A stretch of 64,000 nucleotides of DNA. It comes from Selaginella moellendorffii (lineage: Eukaryota > Plantae > Lycopodiophyta). The notes under the pieces are model-generated. The model saw only the letters and a list, made by a program, of their open reading frames with translations, was not told the origin of the DNA and searched no databases. The DNA lies in contig NW_003314275.1 of the NCBI RefSeq assembly GCF_000143415.4, positions 1,903,419 to 1,967,418 of the forward strand, given 5' to 3'. A program made the position numbers and the translations under genes. This document shows, piece by piece, positions 47,785-60,500 of this stretch. The first letter of the stretch is position 1; each line of letters starts with the position of its first letter.

Positions 47785-48234
47785 AAGCTCTATTTCGTTA
47801 AAGTGGGAATTGTCATTATCCCACTTGTAAAATAAGGTTTCCAAACCTTTATATAGTATATAAATATAACAAAATTCAACTGCATTGAGGCACATGCCAT
47901 TTTATTTTAAACAAGGAAATGTCTACTCAATCACTTCTCCTCCCCCTGCCACTGCTTCACCTCTCTCTTCTCCTTGTCATCGTCGTCTAATTTCTTTCCA
48001 TCCTTTTAATATTGGCTCAGTTGCTCCGAGTCTAGGTGGAGCCCAAGTCCCCATTCAATCTTTACTTTCCCCTTATTAATAAAACAACTTCGTAGACTTC
48101 CAATAACATGCTGTAACACTTCTAGTATAATGCAAATCCTCTCAAAGAATTGTCTTTTAATATTAATACAATGGCATGGAACCCCATGCCATAATAAGTT
48201 ACATTTTTAAATAAATACATGCCATCTTAGACTG

Positions 48235-49890
48235 TTATTTTTTGTCGATGCTCACCCTCTCCACGGCCACTTGCTCGAAGATCCAATCCTTCAATAGCGC
48301 ACGAGCTCTCAGAGTCGTCCACAAGTCCTCGTATGTCACAATATGGTCGGGAGTCATTTTGGTATTGTTGAAGACTACTTCACCACGTAGAAGAGCATTA
48401 GCCACTGTCAGAAGGTCGTCGTCGTCTAGAGACCGCGAGAAACGCAAGGTGTTGAGCTTCAAATCATTGGGCTTCCGGCCGTCCTCCACACCCATTGAGT
48501 TTAGCAACTCCCCGTCATGGTACCTCCTTAGCACATCTACCCATTTGTCAAAAACAACTTTTGTCGCAAGTAGAATGTTATGGATGCTGAGTGTGTCATT
48601 GACCCCCAGTGTTTTCGAGAGAAGACTCGAGAATTCCTGCAATGGAAATGGCGTGAGGCCACATGCTATGCCACATGCAACGAGGCTTACTTGCCAGGCG
48701 CTAGTTGCTAGTGCACGTCCTTGTCCTGGTTTTTGTGGCTTCTTCAGTTGAACCCAGAGCTTCCGTGTTCGTGCCAATGTCTCGTGCAGACCCGATTTGT
48801 AGCACGTTTTTTGCTTGACATTCTGCGCGTGGGAGATGTATATGATAGATCGGAGGGGCGAGTTGCCTTTTATCAGGTGGACAACTCTTGTCTTGAAGAC
48901 TTTCTTCACCTCCTCACCCACCATAATATCCACAACTATCTCTTGCATCGCCAAGCTAGAATGCTGCCCGGAGACGGCATAGAACCGGATGTTCTGATCG
49001 TCCAACACCTTCCTATTGATCAAGTCTGGAAACCTCGTCTCACCCTTCATTGTTCGGTAGTAGGGGATCACGTCTGCGATGTCGGGTGTTACTGGACTTG
49101 CCAGCATCTTCTGCTTCAGTTTCTCCACCCACTCATCAGATACTAGCATGTGGTTGTATTTGCTTTGGATGTCGATACGGCTCACGTCGATTGTATATAC
49201 TTTGTTGGAATAGTAACAAGTACTATTATCTGCGACAATTTTTGCTACCTCTTCTTGCTCTTTCTGCTCTTTGTGGCTCTTCTTTTTGGTGGGTGTAGTG
49301 TTTGAACCCGAGGCAATGGCATCACCGAGTAGCTTCTTTTTTGGAGCAGGAGAGTCGAACGTCGGCTTGAGCTTGACCACCCTTTTCTGCTTCGGGGTAG
49401 TTTCCAGATCGACCCCCTACCCCTTCGCTTCGCGAACTGGAGTCACTCTCAACGGCTCAATGTTGGAATATAGTTTTTGAACATCGCTGTAGGTGAAGTC
49501 CGTGGATTCCATGTGATCTTCATAGACCCGTAGCGTCTTTGAAATTGTGGGCCTCCTGGACAACCTCTCCCTAGCTCCCTCTAGGAATTCTTCATAGCCG
49601 CTGCCCCCCTCCGGGAAGCCGCTAGGATGTGCAAGGTGGATCTTGAAGGCGGACGCTGTCTCTACCACAAGTGCCAGTCCATATTCTTGCATGGAACTGC
49701 ATGGAGTGTCTATCACTTGGATGAGGATCCCCATGCATTCTTTTCTCCCACCATCTGTGTTGTACAGCCTCAGATCCTCGCCTTCCATCCCGAAAGTCCA
49801 ACTGGTGAGCTCCTCCCCCTTCTTTGCATCCACATTGACAGTGGCTGGAAGAAGAACGCAATTCCTCGCCTGTTCAGAAATGCACAACAA
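48235..49890 (-). pseudogene. Truncated cargo gene (ParB-like part only), frameshift near 49420-49440
   Basis: Near-identical to 18281-19928; ends at the deletion junction (about 48243). Confidence 0.8.
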
Positions 49891-52800
49891 TTAGAGCTGA
49901 CAGATGAAAAGCTAGCAGCTGGAAATAATGTGAGGCCACACGCCATTCACCACTGCATCAGATGTCTTGAGGCTGCATCCTAAGATGGTGTGAGGCTACA
50001 CGCCATCTGTAACCGGACTGCACTCGAGAGCCCAATCGGTGCATGCCAATGTTGCTACTGAATGGCATGTGGCCTCATGCCATTTTCTACTTGGCCTAAA
50101 AGACTTACCATTTGAAGCCGAATGGAGGCGTGACAATCGAGGCCGGACTCGCTGGCGAATGTGCACTGTGTGTGCAGCGGATCGTAGCAGCAAGGCTACT
50201 CTGCCACTTACAGTTGGAGAGTGGCGCTGAAATCTCCCGGGACGCCAAGTGGGCTGCGTGTGGGTGGCGGAGTGGGCGGCGGAGTTGGCGGCGAAGTTAC
50301 AAACTGGGTGTGTCTTGAAGTGGACACCGATGCACACGAGCGCGATGCGAGCGCGAGTGTGATGCAAGCGCAAGTGGACGCCGATGCACACAAGAAACCT
50401 GTAGAGAAGGTAGATGAGCGCGAATGTGAGCGTGATGGTGAGTGGGAGCGCGATGCGAGCGCGAGTGTGCGAGCGCGAGTACGAAGCAAAATGCAAAACC
50501 CAACCTCACACGCGCGAAATGTCACGACGGTTGGTAATCCCGCAACGTCATCATTCTTCGGACTTGGGCGCCACCATTAATTTCTGGATCGTTGCGCGCA
50601 TGCATGCATGTGAAATCCAAAAGAAATCCGCAACGTCATCATTCCTCGGACTGCATGCATGCACGCGAAATCCAAAAGAAAGATCATGATTGGGATATCA
50701 TTTAATACCCTCGCTATATTTATACCATGCATGATTGGATATTCCAAAGCATCTTGTATTTCCAAAAATGCCAGATGTTCAGCTAAATAAAGAATGGTAT
50801 ACAATGTCCTTCTTGATGACCCTACAAAGAAGCATCTCGATCGGACACCACATGAGACCACACGAGCCTTACAATGTTTCAGGGGCATTTGCCATAGATC
50901 CGACCGTTATTTTGCTCCAAGATTCTACAGTTTGGTGTGCATTGACCTTTCCATCGACACTGCAAAGGGACATCACAATCAGATGTGGGATCACAAGAAA
51001 CCACAGCAACCACAGCAACCACAGCAAAGTCTAGAAGCTACTCAGTTTGAAATTTGTCAGAGGAATTATAAGATCTAGTTTGTCAGAGGATTTGATGTGA
51101 CGTTCAAGCGTGTGGGCTCATGCAATTTTGATCCCAAAAAATGCACCAAAAAATGCTTGGCGTCATCTGGCGTTATTTCTTGAATGGCGTGGGGCTGCAT
51201 GCCATTTTCAGGGGCACATAGGAGTATATTCCTAGAATATTCTGACACGCACGAGATTTTTTTGAGTTTTCTGGAGATCCAACCGTTAGATCGCAACTAA
51301 ATTTTTCAGAATGGTATACAATGTCTTTCTTGATGACCCTGCAAAGAAGCATCTTGATCGGACACCACATGAGACCACACAAGCCTTACAATGTTTCAGG
51401 GGCATTTGCCATAGATCCGACCGTTATTTTGCTCCAAGATTTTACAGTTTGGTGTGTATTGACCTTTCCATCGACACTGCAAAGGGACATCACAATCAGA
51501 TGTGGGATCACAAGAAACTAACTTCACTAACTCTGGTTTCACCAAGATCTACGTAAGGAGTTATGAAATGAAAGGACCCTCTCTATTGAAATGTGTTTAT
51601 GGTCCTAGGGGCATTGTGACATATCAAAGGATTTTGCATCAAGTTTTGTATTTGCATATTTATCAAGCTACTGAATTGCTAAACCCTAAACCCTAAACCC
51701 TAAATATGTGGCAAATGCTGCGTGAAGAAAGATGCCCTTTCTAGGCAAATGTTGTAAGAGGCAGATGCCGAGCAGATGTATCTCAGGCTAGTGAAGGGGA
51801 CAAACGAAAGCTAGCTATAAACATGACGGGATGCAAATAGATTACTAGGCTAGTACTGCGAAAATCAAAAACCATAATTGAAAACATTGAAAATGCAAAA
51901 AAAAAGGTTTATAATATTTTTGAATTTTAAGCAACCAAAGGAATGTAAATAGGGCATCTGTTTGTAAGTTTAAAAATGCCTCAACCACTTAAATTCCCAA
52001 GTAAATAAAGCTGTTTCTATTTTTGGTACAGGTAAACTTTATAGCGTGTGGGCTCATGCAATTTTGAACCCAAAAATGCACCAAAAAATGCTCGACTAGC
52101 ATTATTCTTTGAATGGCGTGTGGCCTTATATTGCCATAAATGGACGTACACATACAGCATAATTATTCCTTTACACGGCGAATAATCTTGGCGCGAATTG
52201 CTGACATGGCATGGCAAAGTTCGAATCACTGACATGGCACAGCTGGATCGAGGCAAGGACATGATGTGACAAAGTTCAATATCTGACAGCAAAGTCTAGA
52301 AGCTACTCAATTTGAAATTTGTCAGAGGAATCATAAGATCTGGTTTGTCAGAGGATTTGATATGACGTTCAAGCGTGTGTTATTTTTGAATTCTCGAACT
52401 CATTCCTAGGTCTATCATTTTTGTGCGCCGTGTTCTTGGTTCCGCTGAGCGCAGTGAGCGCTGCTTGTGTAAGCGGCGTTGTGAGCTGTGGTTTATGCGT
52501 CTACGAGCGCCATTGCGAGCGGCAGTTTATGCGAGTGGCAGTTTGTGCGAGCGGCGCTACGAGTAGTTGCGGTGTTGCGAGCAGCACTGTCTTTGATGTG
52601 GCTACCGCTTCCTCTTGATATTCGGCACTTGTGCTTCCTGGTATGTTCACCATGGAATGGCTTAGGACCACATTTAGAAATGGCATGAGGCCACATGCCA
52701 TCTTGGGCCCTTGCAATTTCATGGCTAGCGTATTGTCATGTATGTTTTTACTTGCCTGCGAAATTTCACGTGGGTGTCAATAGCATGTTTGAATAATGGC

Positions 52801-52899
52801 ATGTGGCCTCATGCTATTGAGGTTGTTTGGTATGTTATGATTTAGGCCATTCTCCAATCATTTTTTTTATGGTCTTAACTTCTTTTCTGCACTTTCAGA

Positions 52900-55800
52900 A
52901 TGGCCTTCAGGGTTGGGGAAAAAGTTTACATTTTGAATAGTGGGAAGAGAGTTGCAAAAGAGACCCTTGTGTCTATGGATCGAAACTTTGTTATACACTG
53001 TCAAAGGCTTGGGGTGTATCAGTAGAGACTGTCTTCGATGGGAATGTGGTCGCTATTGAATGAGGAGAGATGGTCGTCAGGGTAAATGTTGTTGTTGCCT
53101 TGAAAAATCTTCAGAAGAAAGCAGATGTTGGGGACAGCGCAAGTGCGACGCATGTTCCCTCCGTGGATCTTAAAAACCGTGCTACATGGATTCAGGCAAA
53201 GGTGTTTCTAAACAACCCCGAGGGGGAGGTGGTAGCTGAGGGCTTAGCCACAGTTGTCGATCCAAGAGATGCGGTTGCTAATCAAGAATTGGGCTGGGAT
53301 GATATTGGAGTTGCGATTTTAGAGGTTGTTGACACAGAAGAAAACAGTCTGACTATTGGAAGCATTGTGCGGTGGAAATTGAGGCACTTAGTGTTTGAGA
53401 ATGTGAAGGATTCACAATCAAACACCACTACAACTAATGACAAAACATCTCTTCATGGGAAAAGAAAGTACACCTTCCTAAAGCGCAGCCAAAGGGATCT
53501 GAGCAATGAACCGAAAAGGCAGAAAATGGCGATGGAGGTTTGAATGGTCTTGACAGTTGCTTGTTGCAAGAGGAGGTGCTGTCAACATACTGATTGCGAT
53601 GCTATTGAAGAGGAGAGAGCAAGATACAAGACATTGTCCTGGAAGGCAGCTCGCAATTTTGTGTATGAGGCATTACGGTCATCTGTTGATGCTTCAGAAC
53701 ATCAGGTGGGGGGCATGGTCTTTCAGAGGGGTTTGGTCTGCATGAAGGCATGGAGAATCATTTATGGAGTCCCTCGAACCACATTCTACAGAATCAAAAC
53801 TGAGTTCGAGGAACAAAGGGTTCAACAGGCAGTCCATGGGAACGACGGTACGCACAAAACCAAGGGTCATGTTGTATATGGAGAGGCAATCTTCAAGAGG
53901 TTTGTCGAGACATGTAGCGAGCAGCAACCACATAAAACCCACCTCTTGGAAGATGGAACACGAGACACCCAACGAGTTCTCCCTTCCATGTATACCAAGG
54001 GGGCCATATTGGAAGATGTGAATCGGGAACTCCAGAGTAATGGCTACAGGAAGCTGAGCCAATCTAGATTTAGTAGATTGTGGAGCAACAGGTTCAGGGA
54101 TGTGAGTATAGGAAAGTACTCCAGCTTTTCAAAGTGTGACGAGTGCACTGCTATCAAAATGGCTTTGTCAAAGAATTCTTGCATCGCTCAAGAGCGAGAG
54201 ACGTTGGTTAGAAGGCGGCTTGACCACAACATCGAGCAGAGAAGCTGCAGGACTGCATATTATCATAACAGGATTCTCTCCATGGAGAGACCTGACTCTT
54301 ACCTCTGCATCATCCACGACAAAATGGACCAGAAAAAGACATGCTTACCTCGACTCAATCCTGCCCCCAAGGCAATCTCTTCATCCATGCAGCTGCCTAT
54401 GTCTCTGTTTGGCATAATCGCTCATGGGCATGGTGCCCAGAACTATGGGAACTTCTTTGTACCTCTATGGGGTGGCGGGGGTGCAAACATGATGATTGCG
54501 TCCCTAGCAAAACACTTAAGGTCTCTGCAAAGTGCGCAGACTGAGCTGAACGGCCAACCCTTGCATAAGGCCCTTGTCGATCAAACCCCATACAGGGTTC
54601 AGCTGGAGGAGGAGCAAAGGCTTGCAGTATCGCGTGGGGCCCCATGCCATCCCAGTGAATATGTTGGCCGTCAGATTGTAGGGTTATCACGTGAGGCCTC
54701 ATGCCATTTCGACGAGGCTGGTCGCCCGGTGAATGCACAGCCTCATCCAAACGAAGCAGAATCTCAAGGAAGTTCTTGCGGCCGATGTGGCCTTCCACCC
54801 CATCTTCTACTCCAAACAGACAATGCTGGCAGTGAGAACAAAAACATGTACGTCTTCGCATACTTGGCGATGCTTGTTGCCAAAGGCATATTTGAAACGG
54901 TTACACTTGGCTTTTTCATGGTTGGGCACACTCATGAAGATGTCGATGCCATGTTCAGTCACCTGGCAGAGTCCCTCCGGCGATCCAATGTCCTCACCCT
55001 CCCACAACTCTACGATGAATTCCAAAATTGCATCAAAGGCACTGTTGAAGCTGCACTTCTGACAGAGGTTCCAGACTTTAAGGGGTTTGTAAGAGGCTAC
55101 ATCAGGGACGGATCCGAAACGCTGATTGGCCACTCCAAGCCTCTTCAATTTCATTTCAGCATGCGTGACGGTGCTCCAGTGATGAGGTACAAGATGAGAG
55201 AATGGGACACAGTGTGGCTGCCAATGGACGGCATTGAACTCTTCAAGAGAGATCCCATAACTGGGGAACCTATGATTCCTCAGGGTTCCCCACGGCCGAT
55301 GCACCCGGATGGACTCAAAGACCAGGAAAGTATAGTGGCCGGGATTAGACAGCATATTGCCTTCTGGAAGAGGGGGTTGGTGTTTGGTGGAGAATCCTAT
55401 TTTCAGAGGTGCAAGCCTTTGCTCGAATACTAGGAGAAGATTATATCTACTATCCAAAATGGGCCGGTTGTATATGAAGAATTGGAAGAGTCCTTTTGGC
55501 CAGAACCCAGAGCACTAGATAGTAGCGGAACAATGTCCTCTGGAAATGCAGTGACAGATAACGATCTTGAGGATCACTATTGTGGGCCGAGGAACAAGAA
55601 GCCGGATTCAGCATTCAATCCAGTACAGGTCTGCAAAGGAATGGTCGTGCTTGTCAGACCCAGTAATAAAAAACAAATGATATGGGTGGGGCGCTGCATC
55701 ACTGATGCAGAGGAGGATGCGGAAACTAACTCCTTCAATGTAACTGTGGAGTGGTTCAAGCCAAGTTCCGGATATACGAAGGATTGCCTAGAAAAGAGAT

Positions 55801-56028
55801 GGGTGCTGAATCCAAGGGATCCCAGCATGAGCATATCGGTGGATAATGTTGTGCATGGTTGGATGCGGAAGCAGAGTGCCACCATCACCTTGCCAGACCA
55901 TGCAAGAGATGCAGCAAGAGCATTCATAACCCGGGTTCAAGGTGAGATTCATTAATATTCCTTTACTAAGTTTCTAATGTATTTTATTTCAAGGTGAACA
56001 ATCCGAATCTGAATCAGAGGAGGCGTGA
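52900..56028 (+). pseudogene. Sola-like transposase pseudogene, copy 2
   Basis: Near-identical to 12015-15156; small deletion near 53013; stops at about 53061, 53541 and 55431. Confidence 0.85.
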
Positions 56029-57575
56029 TGGCATGTGGCCTTACGCCATTCCTAGGTGAGATGATACAAATAACAAGTATAAATTCTTAGTTGTTCTAGC
56101 AAATCTTACTTAAAGTTCAAGGTGAACAAGCTGAATATGAATTCATCGGATTGTTATAACAAATTGTGAGGTGATGGCATGAGGTGATACACCATTTGAG
56201 AGTGGTAGCCATTCCTATATGAGGTGAGTGAAATATTTATTAGAAATACCTCATTCAATTGTGCACTTCTAAATCTTGGTCCACTCAGTACTGTTTGCAT
56301 GTTTTTATTTTAATTCTTTCTCTAAAATGTTATTTAGCATGTGGCTTCATGCCATTGCTCTCCACAATCATGCATTGAATTTTTCTATCCTTGCATAATA
56401 CTTCTCCATATATATAGCATGTGCGCACATGTGATATGGTTCATTAGGCCTAATATAGTGTGTGAGGTAAAACAAAGATGATGTGACATATGCATTTACC
56501 AATCACACGTGCATAAATCTAATAATATGGCGTGTGGCCCATATTAATGGCACATAAACCCATATTGTGGGCTTACGTGCTTTATGTACCATCATTCCCT
56601 TGCAGCGTGTGTGTTGGTTTCCTTTTATAACACAACGAACTCCATATTTTAGGGTGAAGAGTGTTCTCATGGCAAGCACAAAATCTGTAAGTGAGGCAGA
56701 AAAGGAGACGGAGAAGGAGATAGGTGAAGATGTAGAATATATAAGTCTTCCAAACTCCCCGTACTATACTCCAGGTGATTATTTTTCTGAACAAACAGCA
56801 ACATTAACAACTATCGAGAACGCCCCAGTAACGTCAGAGACAACAATCCAAAGCAAAACAACTGACCCGGAGAAAGATGATAGTACTGCTGAGAGTACCA
56901 AAAAGGAGGTGTCCACTAGCGCTTAGGCTTATAATGGCGTGTGCCCTCATGCCATTTACTTGATCACCAAATACCTTTTTCCCTTTGCACTAGTATATCT
57001 TAATACCGGTCTGAGAAATAGAATGGCATGTGCCCTCAGGCCTTTTACTAAATCACCTTTGAAAGAAATGCAAGCCTCTATGTCGTAAAAAAAAGGTACT
57101 AGAGAAATATGAATGTTATTTAGTTTCATGAAAATACACTAAGGGTCAAATGAGTTAAATGACTTCTCCAGACTAGCAATGCCTCTTGCTACACCTTCAC
57201 AATTAGATTCGTTAGAAAAAGATAACATTGAATAATATCTAAATGTTCTCACCATTAAGTTATATGTCTGGTTAATAGGAATGACGTTCATCTTGGAAAG
57301 CTCACCACACGTTCAATGAATAAACAAATAGTGTGTGCGCGCATGCCATCGCTCTTCTTTAGCTTCAGATTCGGCTTGTTCACCTTGACAATGAGATTTA
57401 TTATACAACCAGATGGACTCAGTCTGGACACAAAGTCACCGCGCTAGTCACCATGCCCCAGATATGTCTAGCCTCTGGACAAAAAACATATAATTTCACG
57501 TCATTTTCAAATACTTGAAAATTTATACCTAGTCCCATTTTACTAAATAAATCCCACTTTAACGAAATAGAGCTT

Positions 57576-60500
57576 CAAAGGGAAATTCAAGAAAAGTTTC
57601 TTTAAGAATGAGTCATCAAGGTTCCGGAAAGGCAGATCCGGTGGCTAGCAAGCAAGTACGTGGGGGAGTCAAGCAAAAAGAGACAAACCCACAAATAAAA
57701 AAGTCAAGTCTGCTAGTAGCGTGGGAAACAATGTATGCTTCAATTGCGGTGAAGCGGGACACTTTTCGAGGGAATGTCCATACCCAAAGAAGGCTAGAGC
57801 CAATATGGCCATTAAGTCGGGTGAAATCCAAACTAAAGTACGTGATCCAGTCCCTCACTCAAAGTTACTTATTACACGAGCAACTTTGGTAGAGAGTCAT
57901 CCGCGACATCTACTAGACCTCTGAGGGAAGCTCAGAGGTAGCTTTGTTAAGATCCTTATTGACATGGGTGCTTCGGATAATTTTGTGGTTGTAGACATAG
58001 TCCAGCAAGCTAAACTAACAGTGCAGTGGCTAGGTGAACTAAGGACTATAGAGCACCGATGAGGTACTTCAACAAACAAGAGTTGAATTAGGGATTTGGA
58101 AAGTGGATATGGATTTCACTATATTGAACATGGCGGGATTTGACGTATTCTTTAGGATGGATTGGTTCAATCGATTCGTGGTAGCATTGCATGGACAAGG
58201 TAAGAACCTTGTGGTACTGGCAAATACCCAGGGAAAATGATCTAGAGTGGAGGCCCAGGATCTAAAGGTAGGGCAATGTAAGGCTAAAGACTCCTGTTTG
58301 AACCTGGTGTCCACGAGAGGACAACTCACTAAAAGAACCAAGGCAGCATTTTTATGCTTACTCTCAGTTGTAAGCAACCAAAGGGATTGACATTTGGCAG
58401 GTCCAATTTGCTCCCGCTGGGCTCGACCCGAGGGGTAGGGTGTCAAAAGAGCAGGGCTCTCGGGAGAGCTGCGGCTCTCAACTTCCGTTCACGAGGGCGT
58501 GAACTTGTAGGGAAGCATGGTGGATTATAAGCAACCAAAGGGAACGACTTGAAAGACAGTCCATGGGGTTCAAATATAGAGGGAAAGGGCCCATGAATAA
58601 GAGTGCACCCCCTTTTCCAATCGGTCAAGGGTCTTGGGATAGCTGGAGTTAAATGTCCTTGGGTTTGAATAGTACTGGGCTGGGTGACCTCCTGGGAAGT
58701 CCAAATTCAGGAACTTACATCAGTGAGGAGTGACAAAAAACTAACTTAAGGAGTTGGTGGAAAAAGGGTATGTTAGGTTAAGCAAGTCATTGTATAGTGC
58801 ACCGGTGTTATTTGTGCAAGCTAGTAGAGGGTGCTAAGGCGGTGGTTCGTCCACCCTATTGTTTGAACAGAAAAAAACTCGAGGAGCTTAAATGCTAACT
58901 TAAGGAGTTGGTGGAAAAAGGGTATGTTAGGTTAAGCAAGTCACTGTATAGTGCACCGGTGTTATTTGTGAAAAAGAAAGATGGATCTATGCATATGTGC
59001 ATAGACTACTGGTTGCTCAACAAGTATACAAAGAAGAACAAGTACCCTTTACCAAGGATTGAGGACCTGTTCGATAGGTTGGGAAAGGCGAAATACTTCT
59101 CGAGAATCGACCTAAAGTCAGGATACTACTAGATCAGGGTAGCAAAGGAAGATGTTGAGAAGACAACCTATTGGACAAGGTATGGAAGTTTTGAGTTTCT
59201 AGTGATGCCCTTAGGGCTGTGTAATGCACCAATAACATTCTCAACGTTGATGAACCATATTTTTGTACCCTATTTAGATCATTTTGTGGTCGTCTACATT
59301 GACGACATCTTGATCTATAGTGAGACACTAGAGGAGCATGCCAAACACTTGACAAAAGTGTTAGAGAAACTAAGGGAACACCAGCTGTATGCTAAAGAAA
59401 GCAAATGTGAATTTGCTCAACAAAAGGTAAAATTTATCGGGCATGTAGTGGGCAAGGACGGGCTCAAGGTGGACCATGAAGTGATCCAGGAATGGGAACG
59501 ACCATCGAATGTACACGAGTTAAAGGCATTCTTGGGGCTATGCAACAACTACCGAAAGTTTATCAAATACTATTTGAGAGTAGCCCTACCTTTAACAGAC
59601 CAAACGGGAAAAAGGAAGATGGTATGGACAGTGGAATGCGAGGTGGCATTTGTCCACCTCAAAGGGAAGTTGAGAAAGGCTCCCATGTTGGCATTACCAG
59701 ACTTTGGTAAGAACTTTGAGGTAGAAACGGATACTTCAAATTTTGCATTACGTGCAGTTTTGAAGCAAGAAAACCATCCAATAGTGTTCTTCTCAAAGAA
59801 GTTGGACAAGGCTCAGCATAAGTGGCCTACCCATGAAAAAGAATTGTTTACGGTGGTCAAGGCGCTCAAGGAGTGGCAACACTACCTTAGGAGACACTTC
59901 AAAGTTTACACGGATAATGTGGCAACAAAACATTTTTGTCACAACCCGACCTGATAGGGAAATAGGGTCGGTGGGCCAATGCTTTGGCCAAGTTTGATTG
60001 CGAGATTTTGTATAAACCTGGGAAGAGCAACATTGTGGCAGATGATCTAAGTCAAAAAGCGAGCTTGAAGTTGCTGATATCCAGCGCGATAGCAACCTTT
60101 TGGGATGATGTTCAGATAGCGTACAAGAACGATGGTCTAGCACAAGAAGTGTTGCTAAGGAACCATGAGGTGCGGGAAGCTCATCAGAGAGGTGATGGAA
60201 GAGAAAACAAGTTATGTGGAATGCAATGGACTCATCTACTATAAGCAAACAAGGGTTATGTTCTAAAAGGGGAACTAAGGAAGGTAGCCTTAGAAGAGTG
60301 TCATGACAGACCTCTTGCGGGACATGGCGAAGTGCCCAAAATGATAATGATAATGATGATACTCAAGAGGAAGTATCACTGGCTAAATATAGCTAAGGAC
60401 GTTTAAGACTATGTAAAGACATGTCCAACACGTCAACAAGTCAAAACCGTGACTAAGGCTAGTGGGGGCTTGTTACAAAGCATCCCCATTCCAGATCGTG

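Larger units (their letters stand above)
47785..57575. mobile_element. DNA transposon copy 2 (9.8 kb, inverted relative to copy 1, internally deleted)
   Basis: Perfect 24-bp TIRs AAGCTCTATTTCGTTAAAGTGGGA; flanked by CAAA (47781-47784, 57576-57579); lacks the equivalent of about 19929-23550. Confidence 0.92.

Noticed and set aside
58647-58702. 5S rRNA gene
   Set aside because: Only the internal half is present, diverged and embedded in an LTR with TSD.
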